The notes: generated by a model from the letters alone, not told the origin. DNA of 64,000 nucleotides from Candidatus Latescibacterota bacterium (GCA_965204745.1 OZ242010.1:1440001-1504000); one strand, 5' to 3'; positions 1-10,214 are shown, numbered from the stretch's first letter. A program made the numbers and translations.

Positions 1-2014
1 GCGCGTACTGCACCGCATTGACATCTTGGAACTCATCCACCAACACATGGGCAAAACGCGCCTGCACATCCCGCAACACCTCGCCGCACAACACCTCGTC
101 CAAGACGAGCAAAATATCGTCAAAATCCATCAGCCCATAAGACGCCATGAGACCCTGATACGCCGCATAAATCGCACGCGAATCAGCGTCTAATTCCCGC
201 GCACCGGCCTTGCACATCGCGATATCGGACAGGGCTTGGTCAACCGACACCTCTGCCCCCAAACTGGCAACCGCCTCTTGCAAAACGCCGCGCGCCTCGG
301 CCCTATCGGCGATGGTGCCCAACCGGTCGGGCGCGTATTCCCGCAGGAGATCCAACGCCAAGCGGTGAAACGTGCCCACGCGCAACGGCACGAGTTCCTC
401 GCCCCCGGAGAACAGGGTCACGACGCGCTCCCACATTTCAGCCGCAGCGCGATTGGTAAATGTCACGGCCATGACGGATGCCGGCGACACGCCGCGATTT
501 TGAATCAAATCGACGATGCGATGCGTGAGCACGCGGGTTTTTCCGGTACCGGGGCCGGCGATGGCGATTGTGGGGCCTGTGGCGATTGCGACGGCTACCC
601 GTTGGTCCGGGTCTAAGCCAGAGGTGGAAAGCGGCGAGGGGTTGTGCGCTGGTGGTTGTGCGCTAGGGATTGTGCGTTCTGCGTCTTTCTTTTTAGCGGG
701 GATTATCTGCTCCACCTTTGCGGGTAGATGGAACAGGGCGTCTTGTCGGCTTAGGATGGCGCGGTCTTCGTCTGAAAAAACTTGGATTTTCCCGTACACG
801 CCGTCGTAGCCCGGCGCGATATGAACTTCGCCTACGCGCATCCGGCGGATGCCTTCGGCGATGAGGGGGTCGCCCGTTCGTGCGAGTTCTTCCACTGGCA
901 AGGCGCGCAAAATGTGCAATTCTGGCCCGTGCGTTGCCAGCATGGTCTCGTACGCGGCTTGCACGCGCTTGCTCGTCGGCCCCACCTGCAAAACCGAGCC
1001 GATGATCTCGGGCAGGGGGATCAGGTTCTCATAAGGCATCGCCACGTCCGGGCGGGCGTCTTCTGCGCGGTCCGCGAGCCGTTCGACTCGGTGCAACACG
1101 CCCACGGTCAACGCACGCCCGCACACCGGGCAGATTCCCTCGGCGCGGAGGGTCTGCGCGGGTTTCCAACACACGTCGCATTTGCGGTGCCCGTCAAAAT
1201 GGTACTTGCCCTCTTCCGGATAAAATTCCAGCGTGCCCGTGAACCGCGTGGGATCTCGGTCTCGCAATGCCTCGTACATCCCGCGAAATGAGAGGTCCGT
1301 GTCAAAACAAGTGGCTTCGCGAGCCAATTTTTGCGGCGAATGCGCGTCCGAGTTGGAGACGATTGCGTAATCGTCTAGCATGGACAACCGCCAATTCATC
1401 GGCGGGTCAGACGACAGGCCGGTTTCCACCGCAAAAATATGGGGCAACATGTCTTCAAAACACTCGTCCAACGTATCAAACCCGGAACTCGCGCCCAAAA
1501 CCGCGAAATGGGGCGTCCAAATATGCGCGGGGATGAACAACACCTCGTCGCATGCGTCCAAACAAATCTCCACCAGATCTCGGCTGTCCAAGCCCAAAAT
1601 GGGCCGCCCGTCTGACTTCAGATTGCCAATGGCCCCCAAGCGCGCATTCAACCGCGCAACCGCGTCAAAACTCGGCATCACCACCACATGGTGAACTTTC
1701 CGCGTTTTGCCATTTTTTTTGTAAATGAGGCTGATCTCGACCGAGAGCACAAAGCGCGTCTCCCCGAGACACGCCTGCGGCAACGCCGCATCCACGTTCT
1801 GCCGCAAATCGCGCCGCAGTTGGAACAAGCCCTCTTCGCTCGGTTCGAGTTGATCGCGCAATTCTTCAACCCATACCGGATGCGTAAAATCGCCCGTGCC
1901 CACCACTGTCAGCCCTTTGATGCGGCTCCACCGATACAAATTTTCCGGATTCAATGTCTTGCTCGTCGCACGGGCAAAACGCGAATGCAGGTGAACATCG
2001 GCGATGTATTTCAT
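1..2014 (-). CDS. Endonuclease Q (PHP-like) domain fused to UvrD/REP helicase; runs off the window start
   Basis: Not in the ORF track (no stop in window). Manual translation from ATG 2014 gives MKYIADVHLHSRFARATSK..GTGDFTHP (EndoQ/PHP); downstream AGPGTGKT, VTFTNRAA and VLVDEFQD (UvrD motifs I, Ia, II); both ends are in the same frame. Confidence 0.88.
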   Translation of the reverse strand, partial: MKYIADVHLHSRFARATSKTLNPENLYRWSRIKGLTVVGTGDFTHPVWVEELRDQLEPSEEGLFQLRRDLRQNVDAALPQACLGETRFVLSVEISLIYKKNGKTRKVHHVVVMPSFDAVARLNARLGAIGNLKSDGRPILGLDSRDLVEICLDACDEVLFIPAHIWTPHFAVLGASSGFDTLDECFEDMLPHIFAVETGLSSDPPMNWRLSMLDDYAIVSNSDAHSPQKLAREATCFDTDLSFRGMYEALRDRDPTRFTGTLEFYPEEGKYHFDGHRKCDVCWKPAQTLRAEGICPVCGRALTVGVLHRVERLADRAEDARPDVAMPYENLIPLPEIIGSVLQVGPTSKRVQAAYETMLATHGPELHILRALPVEELARTGDPLIAEGIRRMRVGEVHIAPGYDGVYGKIQVFSDEDRAILSRQDALFHLPAKVEQIIPAKKKDAERTIPSAQPPAHNPSPLSTSGLDPDQRVAVAIATGPTIAIAGPGTGKTRVLTHRIVDLIQNRGVSPASVMAVTFTNRAAAEMWERVVTLFSGGEELVPLRVGTFHRLALDLLREYAPDRLGTIADRAEARGVLQEAVASLGAEVSVDQALSDIAMCKAGARELDADSRAIYAAYQGLMASYGLMDFDDILLVLDEVLCGEVLRDVQARFAHVLVDEFQDVNAVQYA

Positions 2015-2089
2015 GGGAAATCCTCGGGATGAGCGGTTAGCGGCGCACGCACAGACGTAGCCAACGCCGGATCTAGACGCTTACTTTTT

Positions 2090-3076
2090 CTAAATCTGCG
2101 AATCGTAAATCGCATCGACCAATGCCATAGACTTTGCCGCGTCTTCAAAATTGGTCTCGGGTTGCCGGCCCGTTTTAATACAGTCGATAAAATGGCGGTT
2201 GATGGCATAGGCGCCAAACGCGACATGGGCTTCTCGGCTCTTGCCCAGTGCCCAGGGATCGAGCGTCTGCACGGGTTCGACATTGCCATCGGCAAAGACC
2301 TGCCCGCCCTCTTCGGGATCGCCAAACATCGACACGCCCGCCGAATGCGCTTCCACCGTGAACATGCGCCGCCCCATCATGTAACAATTTTGCAACACGC
2401 CGGTCGCGCCGGACGAAAAGCGCACCAATGCCGTGTGCATATTCCTAAATGTGGCATCCAATCGCCGCACGTCGCTCGCCACGCCCTCCACTTCGCCCCC
2501 GCACAAATACCGCAGGGTATCCACCGCGTGAATCCCATCGCAGGTCAGCTTTTCCATCGCGCCCTTGTAAATCGGTTGCCCGCCCACCTCGTTTTTGTAG
2601 AAATACGCGGCCGCGCTGTGAATGGGCCCGTTTTGCTCGCAGATCGCTTTGCCTGTGCGGATCACGGGCGCGAACCGCCGCTGGAATGTCACGCCGGTGA
2701 TCACCCGATTTTTTTTCGCGAGCAATGCCATCTGTTTGGCTTGTTCGGTCGTGACCGCGGGCGGTTTTTCAATGACGAGATGCACGCCCATCTCCATGAT
2801 ATTCGCCGCGAGGTCATAGACGTGATGCGGCGGCATAATCGCATAGACCACATCCGGCTTTTCCCGCTCGATCATCGCCGCGTAATCCGTGTATTGCGCG
2901 GGGATATCGTATTCTTCGGCCACCTGATTCATGCGCGTTTCATTCAATTCGCACACGGCCACTATCGCCACATCTGCCATATCGCGCAGCGAGGGATAGT
3001 GGGCACTGCGCGCCCGCCCCCCGGCGCCGATCATGGCGACCTTCACGCCCCCGTTAGACGATGTTGCTCGTTTCAT
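2090..3076 (-). CDS. Gfo/Idh/MocA family oxidoreductase
   Basis: N-terminal IGAGG Rossmann motif, EKP motif, DGIHAVD. Confidence 0.9.
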   Translation of the reverse strand: MKRATSSNGGVKVAMIGAGGRARSAHYPSLRDMADVAIVAVCELNETRMNQVAEEYDIPAQYTDYAAMIEREKPDVVYAIMPPHHVYDLAANIMEMGVHLVIEKPPAVTTEQAKQMALLAKKNRVITGVTFQRRFAPVIRTGKAICEQNGPIHSAAAYFYKNEVGGQPIYKGAMEKLTCDGIHAVDTLRYLCGGEVEGVASDVRRLDATFRNMHTALVRFSSGATGVLQNCYMMGRRMFTVEAHSAGVSMFGDPEEGGQVFADGNVEPVQTLDPWALGKSREAHVAFGAYAINRHFIDCIKTGRQPETNFEDAAKSMALVDAIYDSQI

Positions 3077-3115
3077 CTTGCTCTCCTCGTGTGTTGGCGT
3101 TGAGCTACCTGACCG

Positions 3116-4066
3116 CTAATCGCTTTCCCAAACCACTTGAACTAGCGCACGCATATACCCCACGGCAAAAGCGCGACCCGCCCAATCCGTGCCCGATTGC
3201 CAGAACTTGGGCGTGTGGTCCATCATGAACGGCCCGTTGAATCCCACGGATTTGTACGTTTGCATGGCGTTGTGCATATCGTTTTGCCCCTCGTCGATAA
3301 ACACCTCGCGGAAACTTCGCGGCGTGCCCTGAATGTCTCGAAAATGCACGTACGCGATTTTGCCCTTGCCACCGATATCGCGGATCGCTTCGCAAACATC
3401 CTCGCCCATTTCAGCCACACAGCCCTGGCAAAACAGCATGGCATTGCGCTCGCTACGGACGAGGTCAAAGATGCGGTGGTAGTGGTCGAGCGTTGATACG
3501 ATGCGCGCGGCCCCGCCCATGGGTTCGGGAATGGGCGGATCGTCCGGGTGCAAGGCCATGGTCACGCCGTATTCCTCGGCCACGGGTACGACGCGCTGCA
3601 AAAAGTACTCGATATTTTCCCACATGCCCGCTTCCGAGATCTCCTTGTCCGGATGATGCACGCCTTGGCGTGCCCATTCGTCGTAGTCAAACGTGCTGTA
3701 TTTGACGCCCCCGCGCCCTGTGGCAGACGCCGTGCGGAAATTCCCCACGGGCTTAAAATTGTACCCCAAAGTGGGGACGCCCGCCTCGCCCAAGTTGCGA
3801 ATGAACATGCACCAGGCGTCAATTTTTTCGTCTCGGTCTTCTCGCGCCAAAGTGATTTCATCCCAGCACGCGCTCGCGGCATTTTGCAAAACCAAGCCGT
3901 GTGCGGCCGCGAGATCGCGCATCTCCGCCCAGTACGCGCGGCGGTCTTTGCCATCGCGCATGTCCATCGACGGGTTGATGGTCAGATAGTCCACGCCTAT
4001 CGCTTTGAGAAAACTCAGGGATTCGTCATTCACCTGCGCGTAGTGCAACTGCTCTTGAATGGTCAT
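3116..4066 (-). CDS. Mannonate dehydratase (UxuA)-family protein
   Basis: YFLQRVVPVAEEYGVTMALHPDDPP, HFRD, FIDEG, DHTP, AFAVGY motifs; start at ATG 4066 after AAGGAGG RBS (the longer ORF reads through repeats). Confidence 0.85.
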   Translation of the reverse strand: MTIQEQLHYAQVNDESLSFLKAIGVDYLTINPSMDMRDGKDRRAYWAEMRDLAAAHGLVLQNAASACWDEITLAREDRDEKIDAWCMFIRNLGEAGVPTLGYNFKPVGNFRTASATGRGGVKYSTFDYDEWARQGVHHPDKEISEAGMWENIEYFLQRVVPVAEEYGVTMALHPDDPPIPEPMGGAARIVSTLDHYHRIFDLVRSERNAMLFCQGCVAEMGEDVCEAIRDIGGKGKIAYVHFRDIQGTPRSFREVFIDEGQNDMHNAMQTYKSVGFNGPFMMDHTPKFWQSGTDWAGRAFAVGYMRALVQVVWESD

Positions 4067-4086
4067 GACAACCTCCTTATCTCTTT

Positions 4087-4150
4087 GGGCGAGCACGGGG
4101 GCATCGCCCCTACGGGTCTCAGGTCTCGATTTTGGGGGATGGCAGGGTGG
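4087..4150 (-). repeat. GTAG-family REP element with flanking mosaic module
   Basis: Reverse complement GTAGGGGCGATGCCCCCGTGCTCGCCC; about 12 copies across the window. Confidence 0.8.
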
Positions 4151-4173
4151 CCCTCTTCCGTCTTCCTCGCAAG

Positions 4174-4368
4174 CCCTATCCCCCCGGCCCCCTTTCCTAC
4201 AAGGAAAGGGGGAGCGCATGGCTTTTTGAAGGTTTGTATCCCTAGCTGTTTTGATGGCTTTGAGCGAATGGATCACGCCATGAACCCCAAAAACCTCTCG
4301 CGCAAATCCCTCACAAACCCTCTCGCCATTCCCCCCTTCCTCACAGGAAGGGGGGTTAGGGGGGTAGG
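4174..4368. repeat. Inverted pair of CCCC..TTCC/GGAA..GGGG hairpin repeats (4174-4213 and 4331-4368)
   Basis: cctatccccccggccccctttcctacaaggaaaggggg resembles the reverse complement of ccccccttcctcacaggaaggggggttaggggggtagg. Confidence 0.65.
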
Positions 4369-4438
4369 TCCCAATAAACGTCTCGATCTTGGTTGACCAT
4401 TGAGACGGGACCGAGAGGGATTGAATCCACCGAGTAGC

Positions 4439-4481
4439 GAAAGGACAAGCACGCGATGGATCCAACGCTTAATTCGCATTG
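4439..4481 (-). mobile_element. Orphan copy of the IS982-like left end
   Basis: Reverse complement CAATGCGAATTAAGCGTTGGATCCATCGCGTGCTTGTC nearly matches 5372-5409. Confidence 0.7.
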
Positions 4482-4500
4482 ACAACTGACAACTGACAAC

Positions 4501-5352
4501 GGCGTTGTTGCATAAATGTTGTCGTGGCTAAGTTCGTCCCTTTCCCGCGAGATTTAAGCCCCTCTTTCTCTGGGATAGGACACGGGTTTCGCGATCCTCA
4601 TCATGCGATTGAGCACATCCCAACCGCGCTTCCGTTTCTTGGTTCTCCTGACTTCGCGCACGCAACTGCCGCCCAATGCGTTGTTTGTAGCGGCATAGTT
4701 GGGTTTCAACGACCGAGCGACGATGATAGCCACGGGTGCGTTTCCACTTTCGGCGGCCTTGACGCCGGATGGCTCGGATGATTTCATCGCGGGCCAAGGG
4801 AGGGACCTTCCTGTTTCCGTGTTGTTCAATTTTCGCGTCATGGCGCGGGGGAAGAAGGGGCCGGATGGGTGCTCCTTCTGTCGCCGGCAGAGGGTCGTGT
4901 GATCGGGCACACGCAACCACCCCCATCAACGCCAGGATGGACGTGAGAAACCCCTCGGTTTGACGCAGGGGCAAGGCAGAGACCAAGCGCAACATCAATG
5001 CCGTTTGAATAGCCAAATCTGAAAAGGTGTATGGCCTCCCCCGTTGCGTTGGCCCTTGATGGTACCACCCCCGAAGGGCTTGCGGCGTGATCCAAAACGT
5101 CAGACTGCCCCGTTGCTTGAGACCGGCCTCGTAGGCCGCCCAGTTCCTAACCCGATAGACAGGCTCACAGCGCGGGCGACGCGGGCGACGAGGTGCCTTG
5201 ACGGCGGTCTTGGAAGCGGTTATCTTGGGCATGGCAGGTTCCTTAGTGAGAAAGGGTGAGTTGTTTTGGTGATCCATATGCCCAATCTACGAAGGAGCCT
5301 GTCTTTTTGCAATCCCAACTTGCAGGCAATAGCTAATTTATGCAACAACGCC
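4501..5352 (-). mobile_element. IS5 family (IS903-group) element, decayed
   Basis: Perfect 17-bp TIR GGCGTTGTTGCATAAAT at 4501-4517 and 5336-5352; near-TSD actgacaac/attgacaac. Confidence 0.9.
4528..5232 (-). pseudogene. IS5/IS903-group transposase, internally deleted and frameshifted
   Basis: YRVRNWAAYEAGLKQRGSLTFW, PLRQTEGFL, PDHTTLCRR (alternate frame), GYHRRSVVET; central catalytic region missing. Confidence 0.85.
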
Positions 5353-5371
5353 ATTGACAACTGACAACTGA

Positions 5372-6034
5372 CAATGCGAATTAAGCGTTGAATCCATCGC
5401 GTACTTGTCTTTTCTTGAGGGCGCAACCCTTTCACCCTCAAAGGAAGGAGCACGCGATGGATTGGCAAGATAAACGCATTCACTTGTATGTCTCTATTTA
5501 TCAGCAGTATGACCAAAAGCATCTGTGGTTTTATACACAACGCATGAGCAAGAACGACACGCCGACCTTCACAGATGAAGAAGTGCTGACGATCCCTCTG
5601 TTTGGGATCATGCAACAACACACGCAGATCATGGCGATTGATACCTATACGAAGGATCATCTGTTCGACTGGTTTCCCAATCTGCCCACTTATGCAGGCT
5701 ATGTCCGGCGGTTGAACCGCTTGTGTGTGGTCTTCGCCCCATGGATTGAACAAATCCAAAAGGACAGTCCCGCAACCGATGTCTCTGAACACACCTACTC
5801 GGTGGATTCCATGCCGATTGTCATGGCACAATCGGCACGCAGGCCGAAAAAGACTTTTCTCGGGCGGTTTCGAGCATGCGACAGCCGATAGCGGCCTTGT
5901 TCAGTTGGATTGAACAAAAGACAAACCTCTCGATGGCGTCTCGGGTACGATCAGAGGATGGCTTACTCGTTCATGTCTTTGGGCGATTGACCGCGGCTTG
6001 CTTCTTACTCGCTTTCTACTCTTGATTCGCATTG
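5372..6034 (+). mobile_element. IS982-family element, internally deleted
   Basis: TIRs CAATGCGAATTAAG (5372-5385) and CTTGATTCGCATTG (6021-6034), 13/14 match; transposase fragments inside. Confidence 0.75.
5457..6025 (+). pseudogene. IS982-family transposase fragments
   Basis: N-terminal FTDEEVLTI..WFPNLPTYAGYVRRLNRL..VDSMPI; C-terminal piece RQPIAALFSWIEQKT..RVRSEDGLLVHVFGRL in another frame. Confidence 0.75.
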
Positions 6035-6039
6035 TCAGT

Positions 6040-6140
6040 GGCGTTGTTGCATAAGTGCCTTCTGTTTGGGGGTTGCAAAAAGACAGGCTCCTTCGTAGAT
6101 TGGGTCTATTTGTCACCGAAACAACTCATCCTTTCGCATG
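6040..6140 (+). mobile_element. IS5/IS903-group left-end remnant
   Basis: GGCGTTGTTGCATAAGT followed by TTGCAAAAAGACAGGCTCCTTCGTAGATTGGG, as in the reverse complement of 5240-5352. Confidence 0.8.
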
Positions 6141-6144
6141 TCAG

Positions 6145-6206
6145 CCCCCGCCCAGCCGCCCAAAATCGAGACGTGAGACCGTAGGGGCGATGCTCCTGTG
6201 CTCGCC
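6145..6206 (+). repeat. REP (GTAG family) with mosaic module
   Basis: ccaaaatcgagacgtgagaccGTAGGGGCGATGCTCCTGTGCTCGCC. Confidence 0.75.
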
Positions 6207-6237
6207 GCATGATCGCTGACTGCTGGTCGCTTATTTT

Positions 6238-8289
6238 ATGGCAAAAAGAACAAATGCAAATCGGACGCGGCAGAGCGGGGCGCGTGGGAATAATGGTCAG
6301 GCGTCTCGGCAGGAGCGCAGGCGGGCCGTGCGGGCGCGACGCAGGCAACCGAGTCGTGAATCGCACACTTCGCAACGCACATGGACGCGGCGGGACGCGC
6401 TGGGCATTCTCGTGCTGGGCCTGTTGGTGGGCGTCAGCTATGGGCCGGCCATGCTGTGGGGCGGGTTTGTGTGGGATGACCGCGTCATTACCGAGGCACC
6501 GCCGATTCGAGAGGGCGCGTCCGGCCTGTGGCAGATCTGGTTCTCTCCGGGCGCGTTGCGAATGTGGGAAGGGCATTACTGGCCCTTGGTGTATTCGACC
6601 TTTTGGCTAGAGCACAAGTTGTGGGGGTTTGACCCGGCCGGGTACCATATCGTCAACGTGGTGCTGCATTTTGCCAATGTGGTGTTGCTGTGGCACTTGC
6701 TGGCGCGGTTGACCGTGCCCGGCGCGTGGATCATCGCCGCGGTGTTCGCGGTGCATCCCCTACATGTCGAATCCGTCGCGTGGGTGATCGAGCGCAAGGA
6801 CCTGCTCTCGACCCTGTTCTATCTCGCTGCGTTTTCCACCTATATCCACATGGCGCGAGACAAGGCCGGATATGTTCTCGCGCTCGGGCTGTTTGTGCTG
6901 GGGATGTTGTGCAAGTCCATTGTCGTCACCCTGCCGGTGGCACTGTTGATCTATCACTGGTGGCAACAGGGCCGCGTGCCCGGCGCAGAGGTGCAAAGGC
7001 TGCTGCCGTTTTTTGCGGTGGGCCTGTTCATCGCCATCATGGACGCGTCGTTTTACCAATCCAACGAAGTCATTGCCTTTGGGTACTCGTTCCTTGAACG
7101 GGTGCTCATCGCAGCGTGCGTCCTGTGGTTTTACGCGGGCAAATTGCTGTGGCCGACCGACTTGGCGGTCATTTATCCGCATTGGGCGGTCGTGGTTGCA
7201 GACCCGTTCGCGTGGGGCCGTGTTGTCGCGGCCTGTGCGTTGGCGGGCTTGCTCTACGGGTTTCGGAATCGCATCGGGCGCGGGCCATTGGCCGGCGCGT
7301 TGTTCTTTGCGGTGACCTTGTCGCCCGTGCTCGGGTTTATCGACTTTGGCTATATGCAGTTCTCCTTTGTCGCGGATCGGTATCAATACTTGGCCGGCGT
7401 CGGGGTGTTGACCGTGCTCATCGGCGCGATGGTGCGCGGTGTTGCCCTGTTGCCGGGCGCGTCGCAAAAGGGCTGTCTCGCGGTCACTGTGGTCGCGCTC
7501 GGTGCGATGGGCATCCTGACGTGGCAACAATCGGGCATCTACCGGGACAAAGTGACCTTCTGGAGCCACGTCATGGCGCACAATGCAGTCGCGCCAATCG
7601 CCCCGTACAACCTCGGCACCGCGCTCAGTGGGGTCGGTCGGTTGGACGAGGCCGAGGAAAACTTGCGCCGCGCACTCGAACTCGACCCGCGCCATGAAAG
7701 CGCGCTCCAAAATCTCGGCTCAGTGCTGGTCAGAAAGCAGCATCACGAGCAAGCGGTGGACGCTTATCGCCAACTCATCGAGATCGACCCTCGTAGCGCG
7801 GCAGCGCACTCGGGCATGGGCATCGCGCTCTACTACTTGGGGCGGACGGACGAAGCATTGCAAAGCGTCGACCGCGCCCTCGCCATTGACCCGAACTTTG
7901 AAGAGGCCCTCATCAATCGCAAAGGCATGCCACAGGTCAAGGCACACGCAGACGCAGGCGTCGCGTTCATGGCGCAGGGCAAACTCGACGAGGCCGAAAA
8001 ACACCTGCGCTACGTCCTGCAAATCGACTCCAAATACACCATAGCCCTCCAAAACCTGGCCCTGTTGCACCTCAAGCGTCAGCAGTACGAAGACGCACGC
8101 GACCTGTATCAGCGCATCGTAAAAATGAATCCGGACAACGCTGCCGCGCACTCGGGCATGGGCATCGCGCTCTACCACATGGGCGAGGTGGAGGATGCCA
8201 TAGCGCGTTTGGACAAGGCATTGACACTCGATCCAACGCTTGAAGATGCGCGAGCGAATAGAGAAGTGATGAAGAAGGAACAGAAATAG
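6238..8289 (+). CDS. TMTC-like membrane GT-C glycosyltransferase with C-terminal TPR repeats
   Basis: FVWDD, YWPL, GYHIVNVVLH, AVHPLHVESVAW, ADRYQYL motifs; multiple TM segments; TPR repeats. Confidence 0.88.
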   Translation: MAKRTNANRTRQSGARGNNGQASRQERRRAVRARRRQPSRESHTSQRTWTRRDALGILVLGLLVGVSYGPAMLWGGFVWDDRVITEAPPIREGASGLWQIWFSPGALRMWEGHYWPLVYSTFWLEHKLWGFDPAGYHIVNVVLHFANVVLLWHLLARLTVPGAWIIAAVFAVHPLHVESVAWVIERKDLLSTLFYLAAFSTYIHMARDKAGYVLALGLFVLGMLCKSIVVTLPVALLIYHWWQQGRVPGAEVQRLLPFFAVGLFIAIMDASFYQSNEVIAFGYSFLERVLIAACVLWFYAGKLLWPTDLAVIYPHWAVVVADPFAWGRVVAACALAGLLYGFRNRIGRGPLAGALFFAVTLSPVLGFIDFGYMQFSFVADRYQYLAGVGVLTVLIGAMVRGVALLPGASQKGCLAVTVVALGAMGILTWQQSGIYRDKVTFWSHVMAHNAVAPIAPYNLGTALSGVGRLDEAEENLRRALELDPRHESALQNLGSVLVRKQHHEQAVDAYRQLIEIDPRSAAAHSGMGIALYYLGRTDEALQSVDRALAIDPNFEEALINRKGMPQVKAHADAGVAFMAQGKLDEAEKHLRYVLQIDSKYTIALQNLALLHLKRQQYEDARDLYQRIVKMNPDNAAAHSGMGIALYHMGEVEDAIARLDKALTLDPTLEDARANREVMKKEQK

Positions 8290-8450
8290 CGAAAAGCGGA
8301 ACATCTGTTCCTCCATTCATCCCTGATGTGATGCAGGATATGGACAACTTAAAATCAAATTGGTATTATTCAGTACGTGAGACGCGACACGCTTGCATTG
8401 TGAAGTTGAGAACAGTAAATTGTATTAGCAAACTGATTCCTGGATATGAG

Positions 8451-8510
8451 GACAGGCACGGGGGCATCGCCCCTACAAGTCTCACATCTCGATTTTGGGG
8501 GTGGCTGGGC
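8451..8510 (-). repeat. REP (GTAG family) with mosaic module
   Basis: Reverse complement ..ccaaaatcgagatgtgagacttGTAGGGGCGATGCCCCCGTGCC. Confidence 0.75.
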
Positions 8511-8598
8511 GGCCCTCTTGCGTCTCCCCTCTCCCCTCTTGCTTTTGCTAGGCGGGGACTGACCGCTTTTAACTTGTTTCCCAACAAAGGAGTCCACT

Positions 8599-9456
8599 AT
8601 GCTGACGCAACAACAGATCGCATTTTACCATGAGCACGGGTATCTCGGTGTGGAGAACGTGTTGAGCCAGGGCGAAGTCGATGACCTGCGGCGCGTTACC
8701 GATGTGTTTGTGGAGAAGTCGCGGGAGGTCGCGGAACACACCGCAGTGTTCGACCTCGAGCCTGGGCACACGCCCGAGAATCCCAAATTGAGACGCTTGA
8801 AGAGCCCGATTGAGCAACACGAAGTGTATCGCAACACCCTGCATCACGAGAAAATTTTGGCGATGGTGTCGCAGTTGATCGGCTACGGCCTGCGGTGCAA
8901 TGGGAACAAGTTGAATATGAAGCAACCCGGCTACGGCAGTCCGGTCGAGTGGCATCAGGATTGGGCGTTTTATCCGCATACCAACGACGATTTGCTGGCC
9001 GTGGGCGTGGTGATCGACGATATGACAAAGGAAAATGGGCCGTTGCTGGTGATTCCGGGGTCGCACAAAGGGCCGGTGTACGATCATCACCTCAACGGGC
9101 ATTTTTGTGGTGCTGTCACAGACCCGACGTTCAGCGACAAGGGAACGACGCCCGTGATGGTGAAGGCCGGCGGCATTACCATTCACCATGTCCGCATGTT
9201 GCACGGTTCCGTGTCCAACACGTCTGACAACCCCCGCCGCTTGTTGCTGTTTCAATATTGCGCGATAGATGCGTTTCCCCTGGGCGGTATCGCGAACTGG
9301 GATGCGTTTAATGCGACCATTGTGCGCGGCGAAGCGACCAATATCCCGCGTGTAGAACCCGTGCCCGTGCGCCTGCCCTACCCCGGTGCCCTCCGCACAG
9401 GCTCTATCTACGAGTCGCAAACCGTGCTAAAAAAATCGACCTTTGAAAAGCGATAG
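8599..9456 (+). CDS. Phytanoyl-CoA dioxygenase (PhyH) family Fe(II)/2OG enzyme
   Basis: WHQD, ENGPLLVIPGSHK, LHGS motifs; AAGGAG RBS. Confidence 0.92.
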   Translation: MLTQQQIAFYHEHGYLGVENVLSQGEVDDLRRVTDVFVEKSREVAEHTAVFDLEPGHTPENPKLRRLKSPIEQHEVYRNTLHHEKILAMVSQLIGYGLRCNGNKLNMKQPGYGSPVEWHQDWAFYPHTNDDLLAVGVVIDDMTKENGPLLVIPGSHKGPVYDHHLNGHFCGAVTDPTFSDKGTTPVMVKAGGITIHHVRMLHGSVSNTSDNPRRLLLFQYCAIDAFPLGGIANWDAFNATIVRGEATNIPRVEPVPVRLPYPGALRTGSIYESQTVLKKSTFEKR

Positions 9457-9567
9457 CGCGTTCAAAAGCGATCAGTCCCAAAGATACGAGATGTAAAATG
9501 CGGAGATAGAGGGGTTAGTCCGCTTCTCAATCCGCGTCAATCCGCGATTCAGACAAGGAGGTGTACA

Positions 9568-10113
9568 ATGCCAAAGCGCGAGCATCGGGGATTGAACAAA
9601 TACCAGAAACGCGCGCGAAAGAAGGGCGAGTTTCGGTTGCGACGGGAAGATATTCCGCATTATCTCGCCTTGGCAGAGAGCGATGACCCGGCAGAGCGGC
9701 ACGAGGCCGCGGCCAATTTGTGTCCGTGCCATGTGCGGCATCCCGTGCCCGAAATCCAGACCGCGCTGTTCAAGCTCATGGAAGACCCGGACCCCAATGT
9801 GCGCGCCCGTGCGTGGCACACCTTGGAAGATGGCGGCGTGCCCAATGATCCGAGGATGGATGCCATTTTTGAACGCGCCCGCCAAAATGAAACCGATAAG
9901 ACCGTGTTGAATTTTATGCGGCAGGTCGGCAATGAAAATTACGCGCACAAGGAACGCACCATGCTCGAGGTCGCTGCCCGCTCGGAATACGATCAGATGG
10001 GCCGATGCGATTTTTGCGGCGTGACCGCGAAGGTCAAGACCGATTTTGATACGGAAATCCCCGACCTCGGGCACACGCGCTTTGCCTTGGTGTGTGAAGC
10101 CTGCGATAGGTAG
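9568..10113 (+). CDS. HEAT-repeat protein with CPCH motif and C-terminal CxxC..CxxC
   Basis: DPAERHEAA and EDPDPNVRARAWHTL HEAT-like repeats; AAGGAGG RBS. Confidence 0.7.
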   Translation: MPKREHRGLNKYQKRARKKGEFRLRREDIPHYLALAESDDPAERHEAAANLCPCHVRHPVPEIQTALFKLMEDPDPNVRARAWHTLEDGGVPNDPRMDAIFERARQNETDKTVLNFMRQVGNENYAHKERTMLEVAARSEYDQMGRCDFCGVTAKVKTDFDTEIPDLGHTRFALVCEACDR

Positions 10114-10214
10114 GGTGAATGGCGAATCAACGGAACGGGGTACAATTGCGATAGCAGTGCAGCGCACACGGGGCGGTGCAGGGGAGGGGGGACCTTTCAC
10201 CAAAGAGATCACAC

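Noticed and set aside
4067-4465. Long N-terminal extension of the uxuA-like ORF
   Set aside because: Read-through of repeat DNA; a strong RBS and the family start are at 4066
8290-8450. AT-rich stretch with short ORFs (8328-8633)
   Set aside because: No recognisable protein; overlaps a REP; probably promoter or decayed DNA
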